Shown here: positions 33,360 through 43,461 of the stretch, one piece after another
Position numbering within the stretch: the stretch's first letter is position 1
Layout of the letters: every line of letters begins with the position of its first letter
Assembly (NCBI GenBank): GCA_045863395.1
Contig: BTVJ01000009.1
Coordinates: forward strand, 1-64,000
Source: Myxococcales bacterium
GTDB lineage: Bacteria > Myxococcota_A > UBA9042 > JABWCM01 > BTVJ01
Length of the DNA stretch: 64,000 nt
Direction of reading: 5' to 3'
The notes under the pieces: model-generated
Database searches by the model: none
Told to the model about the DNA's origin: nothing
What the model saw: only the letters and a program-made list of their open reading frames with translations
Program-made: the position numbers and the translations under genes

Positions 33360-34901
33360 CTACAGCGGGAAGCACACCTTCTGGGGCACGCCCGTCACCA
33401 CGGGCTTGGCCGCGCAATCGAAGCCGTCCGGGCAGTCCGTCTTGGCCTTGCACCGGCGCAGGCACTGCTCGAAGGCCCCTGCGCTGCCGCAGATCGTGGT
33501 CCACGGGCAGTAGTCCTTGGCGCCGCACCCGGTCGTGCAGTAACCGGCCGAGGCCTTGCCCTGGTAGCACATCAGATCGGTGGCGCAGCCCGGCCCCCCC
33601 GGCGCCGTATCACAGTGGGCCCCTACCTGCCCCGGGGGCTGAGAGAAGCACGCGTAGGTGTCCTCGGAGGGCGCAGGGCCCAGCGGGTCACCGATGACGC
33701 ACACCTCGCCGAGGTTCTCGTCGCAGGTGAAGACGTCTGCGAGGCTCTTGCATGTGAGCGAACACTCGCCCGCCGTGGCGCTGGTCGGGATGCACGTCGC
33801 GCCCTCGGGGCACGGCACGTCGAGGGAGCACGCCTGGCCGCAGGAGCCGACCAGGTACTCGCCCTTGATGTCACAGGTCCCACCGGTCGCGCCGCAGTCC
33901 TTGTCGCTGGAGCAGAGCTGCTCGCCGGGCGCGCACCGCCCGGTCGCGTGGATGGTGCAGTGCTTCGACGAGCACTCCAGGTCCGTGGTGCAGAACTCGC
34001 CGATGTCCTTGCCGGCCTCGCCGGTCATGCACACGGTCACGGGCTGTCCCTGGATGTCCGTCTCCTCCATGCAGCTCTGGATCTTCGCAGCGGAGCCGGG
34101 GCACGGGTGCGCACCGTCGCAGTCCGCGAGGCAGGCGTTGATCTGGCCCAAGGAAACACACTTCGTCTTGGACGGGCACGGGATGCCCTCGCCGCAGCCC
34201 ACGACGGCGCAGTAGCCCTTCGGCAGGAAGGTGAGGCACGTCGCCTGGCCCGCGCAGTCCTTGGCCTGCGAGCAGATCGCGGCCGGGCCGCCCGCCCCTG
34301 GCGCCGTCGAAAAACACACCTGCGAGAAGGTCCCGTCCTGGCGGATGAGCCGCTTGCAGTCGTACCCAGCCCGGCAGTCCGACTGGGTGGCGCAGGTCTT
34401 GAGGCAGCCGGTGATGCCCTCGTCGACGGGGTGGCACTCGGAGCCGCCGGGGCAGCCCCCGCCCCCCTGGAGGCACTCGAGGACCGTGCAGTAGCCGCCG
34501 GGCCAGTCGAGACAGACCCCGTCGGTGTCCTTGCAGTCCGCCTCCAGCTTGCAGGCGGATCCGACCTTGCCATCGGAGGGCGTGACGCTTCCGCCGTCGG
34601 GCTTGCCCCCAGCGTCAGTCGAGGTCGCGGCGTCGCCGGTCACCTGCCCGTCCGGGCCCTCGGCGGCATCCGGGCCACCGGCCCCGTCCGGGACATCCGG
34701 GCCCACGACCACGTCGCCGCCCGGTGTGCCATCGTCGCCCGGGAGCGCGTCCTGCCCGCCGCCCGCGTCGTCGCCCACCTTGTCGGGGCCGGCGCTGTAT
34801 CCATACAGGGGCTTGCTGCGCCGGGACGCCTCGTCCCCCTCGCACGCGGCGAGCACGGCGAGTGTGGTGAGGGTCACGGCGATGGCTGCGCCAGTTCGCA
34901 T
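33360..34901 (-). CDS. Cys-rich lipoprotein
   Basis: Lipobox LAAC, Asp/Gly-rich linker, repeated G..C....DC...C...GYC modules. Confidence 0.8.
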   Translation of the reverse strand: MRTGAAIAVTLTTLAVLAACEGDEASRRSKPLYGYSAGPDKVGDDAGGGQDALPGDDGTPGGDVVVGPDVPDGAGGPDAAEGPDGQVTGDAATSTDAGGKPDGGSVTPSDGKVGSACKLEADCKDTDGVCLDWPGGYCTVLECLQGGGGCPGGSECHPVDEGITGCLKTCATQSDCRAGYDCKRLIRQDGTFSQVCFSTAPGAGGPAAICSQAKDCAGQATCLTFLPKGYCAVVGCGEGIPCPSKTKCVSLGQINACLADCDGAHPCPGSAAKIQSCMEETDIQGQPVTVCMTGEAGKDIGEFCTTDLECSSKHCTIHATGRCAPGEQLCSSDKDCGATGGTCDIKGEYLVGSCGQACSLDVPCPEGATCIPTSATAGECSLTCKSLADVFTCDENLGEVCVIGDPLGPAPSEDTYACFSQPPGQVGAHCDTAPGGPGCATDLMCYQGKASAGYCTTGCGAKDYCPWTTICGSAGAFEQCLRRCKAKTDCPDGFDCAAKPVVTGVPQKVCFPL

Positions 34902-35055
34902 GGGCGGGAGTATACGTGGGCTGGGCCCTCCCGCAAGTCGGCGGCGTGGGGGTGTGAGGATGGGCGAGCGCAAGGTGCTCGACGTCACGCCCTGCGGCTG
35001 CTGCGCCGTTGCGCCCACCGCGGCCCGTGACCTATGATGGCGCCGCGGTGCAACG

Positions 35056-36765
35056 ATGAGCGACAGGATCTGCCCGGAGTGCCTTCGAGAGACCACGGAG
35101 CCCATGTGCCCGCACGACGGCTGGGGCACGGTCCTCGCTGCCCGCTACCGGAGCAAGTCATCTCTCATCGGCCACGTCTTTGACGGGCGCTTCCGGGTCG
35201 AGGGTCTGATCGGCAGCGGTGGCATGGGCACGGTGTACCGGGCGACCCAGCTCACCGTTGATCGGCCGGTCGCCCTCAAGGTCCTGCGCCAGGAGCTTGC
35301 CGGCAACCTCGAGCAGGTCCGCCGCTTTCAGAACGAGGCGCGGGCCGCTTCGCGGCTGTCCCACCCCAACGCGATCCGCCTCTTCGACTTCGGTCAGACC
35401 GACACAGGTGAGCTCTTCCTCGTGATGGAGCTGCTGGAAGGGGAGCCCCTCTCCACGCTCCTGCGACGCGAGGCGCCCATCCCGGCGGGCCGCGCGGTGA
35501 GGATCACCGCGCAGGTGCTCAAGGCGCTGGCGGAGGCGCACGACCACGGGATCGTCCACCGTGACCTGAAGCCGGACAACATCTTCCTGACGCGCGTGCG
35601 GGGCGAGGAGGACTTCGTCAAGGTCCTCGACTTCGGCATCGCCAAGGTGGCCCACGGGGACGCCGGTGGCGATCTCGAGACCTTGACCCGCACCGGCATG
35701 GTCATGGGGACGCCGACCTACATGGCACCCGAGCAGGCTGCCGGCCGCGGAGTCGATGCGCGGAGCGACCTCTACGCCATGGGGGTCATCCTGTTCGAGC
35801 TTCTGAGCGGCCGCCCGCCGTTCCGAGACTCGACGCCCCTCGGCGTGCTGCTTCACCATCTGAAGACGCCGGCGCCGCGGCTGTCCGACTTGAACCCGCG
35901 CACGGACCGCCGGCTGTGTGCGGTGGTCTCCGCCTGCCTCGAGAAGGATCCGGAGCGCCGACCCGCTTCGGCGGACGCGCTCCGCAGGTCGCTGGAGGAC
36001 CTGGACTCGTCGCCCGGTGCCGAGGCCGCCCCGACCCGCGTGATCCCCGTGAGCCCTCCGAGCGGGGGAAGGCCCGTTCCGGCGCGATCCGCTCGCCCGG
36101 CCCACTCGTCGGCCGTCGGGCATACCGCGGCCCCGTCGTGGGCGACACCTACCGCACGACACGCGGATGGAGGGGCGCCCACCCCGTCGACCATCGGGCT
36201 GCATCCAGGAAGCGTCGTCGTGGGCCCCAGCGCCAATGCCCCCACGCGGCTGGTCGAGCGGACGCCAGACGCCCCGACCGACGCCACGGTACCCGGCGCG
36301 GATGAGACCGGACCGCGCATCGCCCAACGCCCCCGCCGCTGGCCATGGATGGCTGCGACGGGCGTCGGCCTTGGGCTCGCGGTCGCGGTCACCCTCAGCC
36401 TGGCCCCCTCGCAGAGCGCCACAGTGCCAGAAGAAGCTCCCCGCCAGGCAGCACCGCCCCCCCGCTCCGAGCGAGACGAGCGAGCACCGGAGCCCGAGAG
36501 CTCCCCACCGGCCCTGACCAAGGTGGTCGCCGCGACGACGGCGGTCGCGCCCCCCGTGTCCCACGCGTCGACACGAGCAGGCGCCTCTGCCACGCCGCCA
36601 CCCGCCCGCCGGGGCCCCGACCTCGCAGAGGTAGACGGTTCCCTCCGACGCGCTCCGGTGGAACCGTCGGAGGGCACCCGGTCGGGCGTCGGGCCGAAGC
36701 CGCGCCGCAAGGCGAAGGCGACCCCGGCGCCCTCGCCACCTGTCATTCGAATCAAGAAGATGTGA
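35056..36765 (+). CDS. Membrane Ser/Thr protein kinase (Hanks type) with N-terminal Zn-ribbon-like motif
   Basis: CPEC..CPHDG; GSGGMG, VALK, HRDLKPDN, DFG, GTPTYMAPE; TM segment. Confidence 0.95.
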   Translation: MSDRICPECLRETTEPMCPHDGWGTVLAARYRSKSSLIGHVFDGRFRVEGLIGSGGMGTVYRATQLTVDRPVALKVLRQELAGNLEQVRRFQNEARAASRLSHPNAIRLFDFGQTDTGELFLVMELLEGEPLSTLLRREAPIPAGRAVRITAQVLKALAEAHDHGIVHRDLKPDNIFLTRVRGEEDFVKVLDFGIAKVAHGDAGGDLETLTRTGMVMGTPTYMAPEQAAGRGVDARSDLYAMGVILFELLSGRPPFRDSTPLGVLLHHLKTPAPRLSDLNPRTDRRLCAVVSACLEKDPERRPASADALRRSLEDLDSSPGAEAAPTRVIPVSPPSGGRPVPARSARPAHSSAVGHTAAPSWATPTARHADGGAPTPSTIGLHPGSVVVGPSANAPTRLVERTPDAPTDATVPGADETGPRIAQRPRRWPWMAATGVGLGLAVAVTLSLAPSQSATVPEEAPRQAAPPPRSERDERAPEPESSPPALTKVVAATTAVAPPVSHASTRAGASATPPPARRGPDLAEVDGSLRRAPVEPSEGTRSGVGPKPRRKAKATPAPSPPVIRIKKM

Positions 36766-36768
36766 GAG

Positions 36769-37872
36769 ATGACGTACCCGCACCGGTGGCCACCGCCTCG
36801 CTGGGCCCTGTCCCTGCTTCTGGTGCTGGTGGCCGATACCCTGGCGTCCCCCCCTGCCTTGACCCCCGAGCGCGCCGCAGCCCTCCAGGAGCATGTTGAC
36901 GCGGGTGGGCTGGCGTTCGAAGCCCGTCGCTACGAAGAGGCCCTCGCCCGGTATGCGACCGCCCTGGAGATTGCCCCGGTGCCCGACCTCCTGTGGAACA
37001 TCGCCCGCTGTCACGAAGAGCTCGGCCATCTGGACGAGGCGGTGGCCACCTTCGAGCAGTACCGGGCACAGGATGTGTCGCCCGCCGACCGGACCGCAGC
37101 GACGGAGAAGCTGGCGCTGCTCTCCCACCGCATGGCAGAGCGCGACAAGGGGACTCTCGTTCTGCGGACGGGACGCGCCGACGCCCAGGTCACCGTGAAC
37201 GGGAGGCCGATGGGGCGCGGGACCGAGGTGGAGGCTCGGCTGGATCCGGGCACACACGGCGTGCGCGTCGAGGCGCCGGGGCTGGCCCCGTGGGAGGCTC
37301 AGATCGCGCTGGGCAAGGGCGAGCGCGTCGAGCGACAGGTGGAGCTCCGGCCATCACCACCGGAGCCTCCAGTCGCGGGGTCGGTGGTCGTCGTGTGTGA
37401 GGCCCCAGGCGCCGTTGTGGACCTGCCGGACGGGGGCGTGGCGAGGCCTGGGCTGCCCATCGAGCTCCCGGCGGGTGAGGTCGATCTGGTCGTGCGTGCC
37501 CCGGGGTACGCCTCGGTTCGCCTGAAGGCCACGGTGGTGGCGGGTCGCCGCGAGGCCCTCCGCGTGGAGCTCGCGGCGGTGGCCCAGCCTCCACCGGAGG
37601 CTCCAGCGGCGGGCCTTTGGCGCTGGGTCACCCTCGGGACGGGGTTGGCCGCCGTCGCCGCTGCCGGAGTGCTCCACGGGCTTGCCGCATCGGACTACGA
37701 GCGGGTCTCCGGCGCAGCCACGGTGGACGGCATCACCGTGGGGATCACCCAGGCGGAGGCTGCTGCGGCTCAAGACGCCGGCGACACCAAGCTGATCGCC
37801 GCGCAGAGCCTGTATGGAGCGGGTGGCGCGGTGCTGGCGACCTCGGTCGTGCTGTTCATCCTCGGCGAGTGA
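36769..37872 (+). CDS. TPR + PEGA domain protein
   Basis: Signal peptide, TPR (LLWNIARCHEELG), two PEGA-like repeats, hydrophobic C-terminus. Confidence 0.85.
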   Translation: MTYPHRWPPPRWALSLLLVLVADTLASPPALTPERAAALQEHVDAGGLAFEARRYEEALARYATALEIAPVPDLLWNIARCHEELGHLDEAVATFEQYRAQDVSPADRTAATEKLALLSHRMAERDKGTLVLRTGRADAQVTVNGRPMGRGTEVEARLDPGTHGVRVEAPGLAPWEAQIALGKGERVERQVELRPSPPEPPVAGSVVVVCEAPGAVVDLPDGGVARPGLPIELPAGEVDLVVRAPGYASVRLKATVVAGRREALRVELAAVAQPPPEAPAAGLWRWVTLGTGLAAVAAAGVLHGLAASDYERVSGAATVDGITVGITQAEAAAAQDAGDTKLIAAQSLYGAGGAVLATSVVLFILGE

Positions 37873-37888
37873 TCGACGGTCGCGGTGG

Positions 37889-39136
37889 CTACCCGCGGGT
37901 CCGGACCAGGCGAAAGCCGATGTCGACGTCGCGGGTGTCTGGCGCCTCCGGCCCGCGGTTCGCTGAGCGAGCGGCGCCGGCAGAGTGCTTCCATGAGCCG
38001 CCCCGGACACACCGCATCGAGCCCACCGAGGCTCCCAGCGGGTCGACCTCAGTCGCCACGTGCGGGTAGCTCCCGTAGAGGTCCCAGACCCACTCGTAGA
38101 CGTTCCCGTGAGTGTCGTAGAGACCCCACGCGTTGGGCAGCTTCACGCCGCAGGGGTGAGCGGCCCCCTTGGCGTTCGTGCAGTACCAGCCGTAGGGCGC
38201 CAGGTTGGCCTCCCCGGTGCTGCACGAGCCGCAGGAGGGGGCCACGGCGCCCCCGCCTGGATACTCATCCTCCACGCCGGCCCTCGCCACGTACTCCCAC
38301 TCCGCTTCCGTCGGGAGCCGGAACCCCGAGCAGTCGAGCCCATAGAATCCTGCGGCCTGGCAGGTGAAGTCGACCCCTACGGTCCCCTCGCACCCCACGA
38401 GGGAGTAGCAGGCCTGGAGGCCGGCCGACGCCGACTCCGCGTTGGCGTATGCGAGGGCGTCCCAGAAGCTCACGCCGATCACGGGGCACTCCAGGCAGTC
38501 ATTGGTCTCGGTCGCCGGCAACGGATAGGCCTTGGACCACGCAGCCCGTGACACCTCGGTCTCAGCGACCCACAGCGACCGCTTCAGGGTCACGGTGCGA
38601 ACGGTCTCGTCGGTGTGTCGGCAGGGCTCGTCCTCCGGGGATCCCATCACGAAGGAGCCCGGGGGCGCATAGCACCACCCCTCGGAGCACTGGGGCAGGG
38701 AGTCCACCAACGCACAGAACCCTCCGTTGCAGCTCTCCGGCGCCAGGCACGCCCCGCAGGCCCCTCCGCAGCCGTCCGGACCGCAGACGCGGCCCGCACA
38801 GTCCGGAGCGCAGTAGCACTGGCCGGTGGACGTACACGAGGCCCCGGACGTACAGGCGCCGCATGAGCCTCCGCAGCCATCTGGACCGCACTCGCGGGCC
38901 TCGCATGACGGCGAGCACGGTGCGATGCCATCAGCGACGATCACGTCGGGAGAGGGCGCCGCCCCCACGGCGAGACACACGTTCATCGCTCCACTGCCGT
39001 GGAGAGCGCAGACGAACCCCGGGAGGCAATCGGTGTGGTCGGCACACGCAAAGGTCCCGGACCGGATCTCCAGGTCCGGTGAACACGACGCCACCAGGAG
39101 GAGAGGTCCTGCCACGGTCCAAGGCTTCGGTCTCAC
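37889..39136 (-). CDS. Formylglycine-generating-enzyme (SUMF1/FGE-sulfatase) domain lipoprotein
   Basis: Lipobox VASC, CGPDGCGG repeats, F.MGS, RLPTEAEWEY, NAWGLYD.HGNVYEW, RGGSW, GFRL. Start approximate. Confidence 0.9.
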   Translation of the reverse strand: MRPKPWTVAGPLLLVASCSPDLEIRSGTFACADHTDCLPGFVCALHGSGAMNVCLAVGAAPSPDVIVADGIAPCSPSCEARECGPDGCGGSCGACTSGASCTSTGQCYCAPDCAGRVCGPDGCGGACGACLAPESCNGGFCALVDSLPQCSEGWCYAPPGSFVMGSPEDEPCRHTDETVRTVTLKRSLWVAETEVSRAAWSKAYPLPATETNDCLECPVIGVSFWDALAYANAESASAGLQACYSLVGCEGTVGVDFTCQAAGFYGLDCSGFRLPTEAEWEYVARAGVEDEYPGGGAVAPSCGSCSTGEANLAPYGWYCTNAKGAAHPCGVKLPNAWGLYDTHGNVYEWVWDLYGSYPHVATEVDPLGASVGSMRCVRGGSWKHSAGAARSANRGPEAPDTRDVDIGFRLVRTRG

Positions 39137-39308
39137 GCACACACCCCCGGACGACGGAGAGGGGGCGCCCACGTTACGACATGGCTCACCGCCGGCGCAA
39201 CCCAGGATCCGGTGGCGCCTGCGCTCACCTTGACCGCCCGGGAGGCGCCTATACAATGGGACCGTCGAGCGACCCGCGACCGCTCCGGCCTGTGGGGCTG
39301 GGCAGAGG

Positions 39309-40331
39309 ATGGACACCATGAAGATGCGGAACTGCGCAGCGGCTGCGGCCGCGGCGCTCCTGATCGCGGCGGGCTGTGGTGACGACACCAATCCGTCGGG
39401 CGGGTCCGACGCCCAGGGGGACACGGGCGCGACGACGGACGTCGGGGGGATCGGGGGCGATGACGTGGCGGACGCGGCCGGCGACGCCAGCACGGACACG
39501 GGAACCGAAGACACGGGCACGCCGGACGCGGCGACCGACACGGGCTCGGACGTGGGCGCTCCCGACACGGGGCCCACGGACGTCGCAGTGGACACCGGGG
39601 GGCCCGAGGACGTCTCGACGGACACCGGCTCCGACGCGGAGGACGTCCTGCCCCCGCCGGCAGAGGATCAAGCGTTCCGGGTCAACAAGCTGGTGCTCCT
39701 CGCGCCGGAGATGTGCATCGACCTGGACGGCGACGGCACCTGTGACCCGGTCAACATCTTCGTCAACGCGATCATCGACGGGGAGCTGACCGCCGAGGAG
39801 GAGCCCCTGGACGTCATGGGCGTCATCTCGCCCTTCGAGGTGCCGACGTCCACGGCGACCCTGACCCTCGGGGAGGCCGACTGCGTGCGCCCGCCGGGAG
39901 GCGGCGCGCAGGACGTGACCTCCTGCACGTTCCCCGCAGACCCGACGGCAACCGGCGCCGTGTTCGAGCAGGTGCTGACGAAGGACGTGGGCGGGTGCTC
40001 GGCCAACCCGGTGATCCTGGCGCCGTGCTTCGCGACCAGCAACCAGCAGACCCTGTCGCTGACGCTGCTGGAGATCCCGTTCACCTTCCTGCAGGCCAAG
40101 GTCGCGGGCAAGTTCCTGAACCCGGGCAGCTTCAACGGCATCACCGACGGGTACATCCGCGGCTTCATGCCGGTGACCACGGCGGCCGGCGTGCAGGTGG
40201 ACGTGCCGGGCCAGGGCTACGTGAAGCTCTCGGACCTCCTCAAGCAGGCGCCGAAGACCACCGTCGACGACAAGAACGGGTGGGTCTTCGAGTTCTCCTT
40301 CGAGGCGGATCGCATCGACATCGGGGAGTAG
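39309..40331 (+). CDS. Hypothetical lipoprotein
   Basis: Lipobox AAGC, Asp/Thr-rich linker, beta-rich C-domain. Confidence 0.75.
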   Translation: MDTMKMRNCAAAAAAALLIAAGCGDDTNPSGGSDAQGDTGATTDVGGIGGDDVADAAGDASTDTGTEDTGTPDAATDTGSDVGAPDTGPTDVAVDTGGPEDVSTDTGSDAEDVLPPPAEDQAFRVNKLVLLAPEMCIDLDGDGTCDPVNIFVNAIIDGELTAEEEPLDVMGVISPFEVPTSTATLTLGEADCVRPPGGGAQDVTSCTFPADPTATGAVFEQVLTKDVGGCSANPVILAPCFATSNQQTLSLTLLEIPFTFLQAKVAGKFLNPGSFNGITDGYIRGFMPVTTAAGVQVDVPGQGYVKLSDLLKQAPKTTVDDKNGWVFEFSFEADRIDIGE

Positions 40332-40333
40332 GG

Positions 40334-41182
40334 ATGCGCACCGCCCTGGCCGCGGCGCTGCTCGTCGCCGGCTGCGCCTCGTCGAGTGACGACGGCGCGG
40401 TCGCCACGGGTGACACCCAGTCCACTGCCGACACCGCCCTCGAAGCCGACTCAGGCCCTGCCCCGGTGTGCGGCCTCGGCTTCGGCGAGCCCTGCTACGT
40501 AGACGAGCAGTGCGACAGCGGCGTGTGCCTGATCTCCGAGTTCGCCCCCTTCGGCGTGTGCACGGTGGCCTGCAAGGCGGCTCCAGGCCCCTGCGAGACG
40601 TCGCCCGGCACGTATCTGGACGGCGCGTGGTGCGTCCAGTACCCGGAGGACGACTTCCGGTACTTCAACCACCCGGAGCTCGTCCGCTTCTGCATCCCGA
40701 CCTGCAAGGACCTGGACGCCTGCCACGCCATCGACCCCGCCTACGAGGTCTGTGACGACGTGCTCTACAAGGGCAACCCCCTGTTCCCATCCGATCCCAT
40801 GGACGTGTGCCAGGCGCCGAGCGCCACGGGCAAGGTGCCGGTCGATCCGTTCACCTGCGAGGGCTGGGACGCGAAGAACCCGGGGCTGGCCAGCGAGAAG
40901 CTCCTGTGCCGCGACTACTGCGAGTTCCTGGACAAGTGCCAGGTCTACGAGCCCTCCCACAACCTGGAGTGCTGCGCCTGGTACTGCTTCAACAAGCTGA
41001 CGGGGACGGCGCTCAGCAAGTCTGAGCGCGAGAGCTACAAGGACGAGCTGACCAACTACGTGCTGGCGTACAAGAGCGCGCCGGGCACGGCCATCCAGTG
41101 CACCCAACCCATCCAGGACTTCGGCCCGCCCGAGAAGCCCGACGCAAACGCGCCAGCCCCCGTGGCGGGGAAGTGTCGCTGA
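40334..41182 (+). CDS. Cys-rich hypothetical lipoprotein
   Basis: Lipobox VAGC; starts 2 bp after the upstream stop; typical codon usage. Confidence 0.75.
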   Translation: MRTALAAALLVAGCASSSDDGAVATGDTQSTADTALEADSGPAPVCGLGFGEPCYVDEQCDSGVCLISEFAPFGVCTVACKAAPGPCETSPGTYLDGAWCVQYPEDDFRYFNHPELVRFCIPTCKDLDACHAIDPAYEVCDDVLYKGNPLFPSDPMDVCQAPSATGKVPVDPFTCEGWDAKNPGLASEKLLCRDYCEFLDKCQVYEPSHNLECCAWYCFNKLTGTALSKSERESYKDELTNYVLAYKSAPGTAIQCTQPIQDFGPPEKPDANAPAPVAGKCR

Positions 41183-41186
41183 ATCC

Positions 41187-42188
41187 ATGCCCACCCTCAG
41201 GCGCCTCCTCTCGCGGCTCAGAGACCTGCTCCACCGTCTCATCGTGCTGCTGCTTCCCCTCGTCCCCAAGGCCATCGTCGGCCGGGTGGCCTCGCGGTAC
41301 ATCGCCGGCGAGACCCTTGATGACGCGGTCCGCGTCGTGCGCGAGCTGAACCAGCGGGGCTTTGCGGGGACCATCGACGTCCTTGGCGAGGACGTCACGG
41401 CGCCCGAGCAGGCCGACGCCGCCGTCGCCACCTACCTGGAGGTCCTCGACCGCATCCATGCCGAGGGGCTGCGCACCGGCGTCTCCCTGAAGCTCACCCA
41501 GCTCGGGCTGCGCCTCGACCAGGACAGGTGCCTCGGGAACCTGATGCGCATCGTCCACGCGGCGGCGGAGCGGGGCATCTTCGTGCGGGTCGACATGGAA
41601 GACAGCTCGCTCACCGACCGCACCCTGCGCATCGTGGAGGCGGCCCGCCGGGAGTCGCCCAAGGTCGGCGCCGTGCTCCAGGCCTATCTCCACCGGACGC
41701 CGGACGACGCCGAGCGGCTGATCGCGGAGGGCTGCACCATCCGGCTGTGCAAGGGCATCTACAGAGAGCCGCCGGAGATCGCCTGGCAGGACCGGCAGAA
41801 GGTCCGCGACGTGTTCGTGGGCGTGGCGCGCAGGTTCTTGCAGTCCGAGGTCTACATCGGGCTGGCCACCCACGACATCGCGCTCCTGGAGACGCTGCGC
41901 GCCGAGATCCGCACGCAAGGAGTCCCGAACGACCGCTACGAGTTCCAGGCGCTCCTCGGCGTGCCGATCACGGCCACCCTCGACCAGCTCGTCGCGGAGG
42001 GGCACCGGGTCCGGCTCTACGTCCCGTTCGGGAGCCACTGGTACCCCTACAGCGTGCGGCGCCTCAAGGAGAACCCGCAGATGGCGGGCCATGTGCTGTC
42101 CGCACTCTTCCGGCGGGATCGGGGCTTGCTCCGCCCCCACGAACCTGCTACCACCGAACCGGCGAGCGACTCCCCAACCCGATGGTGA
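41187..42188 (+). CDS. Monofunctional proline dehydrogenase
   Basis: RYIAGE, D.LGE, SLKLTQLG, RVDME, QAYL.R, RLCKGIY, ATHD, YVPFG..WYPYS.RRL.E. Confidence 0.93.
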   Translation: MPTLRRLLSRLRDLLHRLIVLLLPLVPKAIVGRVASRYIAGETLDDAVRVVRELNQRGFAGTIDVLGEDVTAPEQADAAVATYLEVLDRIHAEGLRTGVSLKLTQLGLRLDQDRCLGNLMRIVHAAAERGIFVRVDMEDSSLTDRTLRIVEAARRESPKVGAVLQAYLHRTPDDAERLIAEGCTIRLCKGIYREPPEIAWQDRQKVRDVFVGVARRFLQSEVYIGLATHDIALLETLRAEIRTQGVPNDRYEFQALLGVPITATLDQLVAEGHRVRLYVPFGSHWYPYSVRRLKENPQMAGHVLSALFRRDRGLLRPHEPATTEPASDSPTRW

Positions 42189-42192
42189 CGCC

Positions 42193-42600
42193 ATGAGTCG
42201 GATGGACGGCCTCGAGCTGATGGTCATCGGCCGGAAGAGGCACTTCGAGCTGCGCTGGGAGGACGGCGCCTACGTGGACGGGCGCGGCCGCCCGGTCAAG
42301 GGCCTCCTCGACATGACGTGCTACTCCTGCGGCGCCGGCTACTACACGCTGGAGGAGGAGGCCATCGGCTTCTGTCCCGCGTGCGGCTTCATCGAGCGGG
42401 ACGCCCCCAAGAGCTGGGCGGAGTTCGTCGAGTGGGCCCGGACGCAGGACTGGTCGTACCTGGAGGCGGTCGGCAAGTGGCCCTTCGGCGTGAACGGCGC
42501 GCGCGGGTGGTCGCTGCGCTTCGCCAAGGACGCCAACGAGCTCTTGCGCACGGGGCAGTTCGGCGAGGTCAGGCGGCTCTGGCCGCCGAGCGGGAGGTGA
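42193..42600 (+). CDS. Hypothetical protein with a CxxC-x13-CxxC zinc ribbon
   Basis: CYSC...CPAC; tightly packed in the operon. Confidence 0.7.
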   Translation: MSRMDGLELMVIGRKRHFELRWEDGAYVDGRGRPVKGLLDMTCYSCGAGYYTLEEEAIGFCPACGFIERDAPKSWAEFVEWARTQDWSYLEAVGKWPFGVNGARGWSLRFAKDANELLRTGQFGEVRRLWPPSGR

Positions 42601-43394
42601 CCGTGGGGTCTCATGTGAGGAGCACGGCCGGCGCGGTGATCATCGGCAACGAGATCCTCAGCGGCAAGGTGCGCGACGAGAACACGCCCTTCCTGGTGGA
42701 CCAGCTCCGGGAGCTGGGGGTCGCGCTGCGGCGCATCTCCGTCATCCCGGACGTGCTCGGCGAGATCGCCTCCACGGTTCGCCACTTCTCCGAGACCTAC
42801 GACTGGGTCTTCACGTCAGGCGGGGTCGGGCCCACCCACGACGACATCACCATGGCGGGCATCGCGCAGGGCTTCGGCGTGCCGCTGGTGGAGCACCCGG
42901 AGCTCATCGAGACCCTGCGAGAGAAGCACCCGCTGGGCCTGACCGACGCCACGCGGCGCATGGCGCTGATCCCGCAGGGGGCGACCGTGACCTGGGGTGG
43001 GCGCTTCCGGTGGCCGTCGGTGCAGCTCGGCAACGTCCACATCCTGCCCGGCGTGCCGTTCCTGTTCCGCGCGAAGGTGGAGGCGCTGCGGGACATGCTT
43101 CGCGCCAGCCCGTTCCTCTGCCACAGCGTGTGGACCGGGCTCGACGAGGGCGTGCTTGCCGCCATGCTGGAGGCAGTGCTCGCGGCGCACGAGGGCGTCG
43201 AGATCGGGTCGTATCCCCAGTTCGAGCAGCAGGGGTGGCGGGTCCGCCTGACCCTGGAGGCCGCCGACGCCGCGGTCCTGGAGGCGGCGACGGCCCACCT
43301 CGTCGGCCTGATCCCGGCGGAGCAGCTCCACCGGGTGGACCGGGGCGACGCGGCGGGCCCCCCGCAGAGCACGGGCTCCGGCGCTTCGGGTTGA
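42597..43394 (+). CDS. CinA-like molybdopterin-binding (MoCF) domain protein
   Basis: IIGNEILSG..D.N, SGGVGPTHDDIT, LPGVP, IGSYP. Confidence 0.9.
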   Translation: MTVGSHVRSTAGAVIIGNEILSGKVRDENTPFLVDQLRELGVALRRISVIPDVLGEIASTVRHFSETYDWVFTSGGVGPTHDDITMAGIAQGFGVPLVEHPELIETLREKHPLGLTDATRRMALIPQGATVTWGGRFRWPSVQLGNVHILPGVPFLFRAKVEALRDMLRASPFLCHSVWTGLDEGVLAAMLEAVLAAHEGVEIGSYPQFEQQGWRVRLTLEAADAAVLEAATAHLVGLIPAEQLHRVDRGDAAGPPQSTGSGASG

Positions 43395-43461
43395 CCCCGC
43401 TCTGCCGAGAGTGCTAGGAGTCCCGGCGCCTTTTTTCATCCACACCTCACAGGAGCGCGCC

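Noticed and set aside
37889..38200. FGE/C-type-lectin C-terminus as a DGR variable region
   Set aside because: No template repeat or reverse transcriptase was seen in the window.
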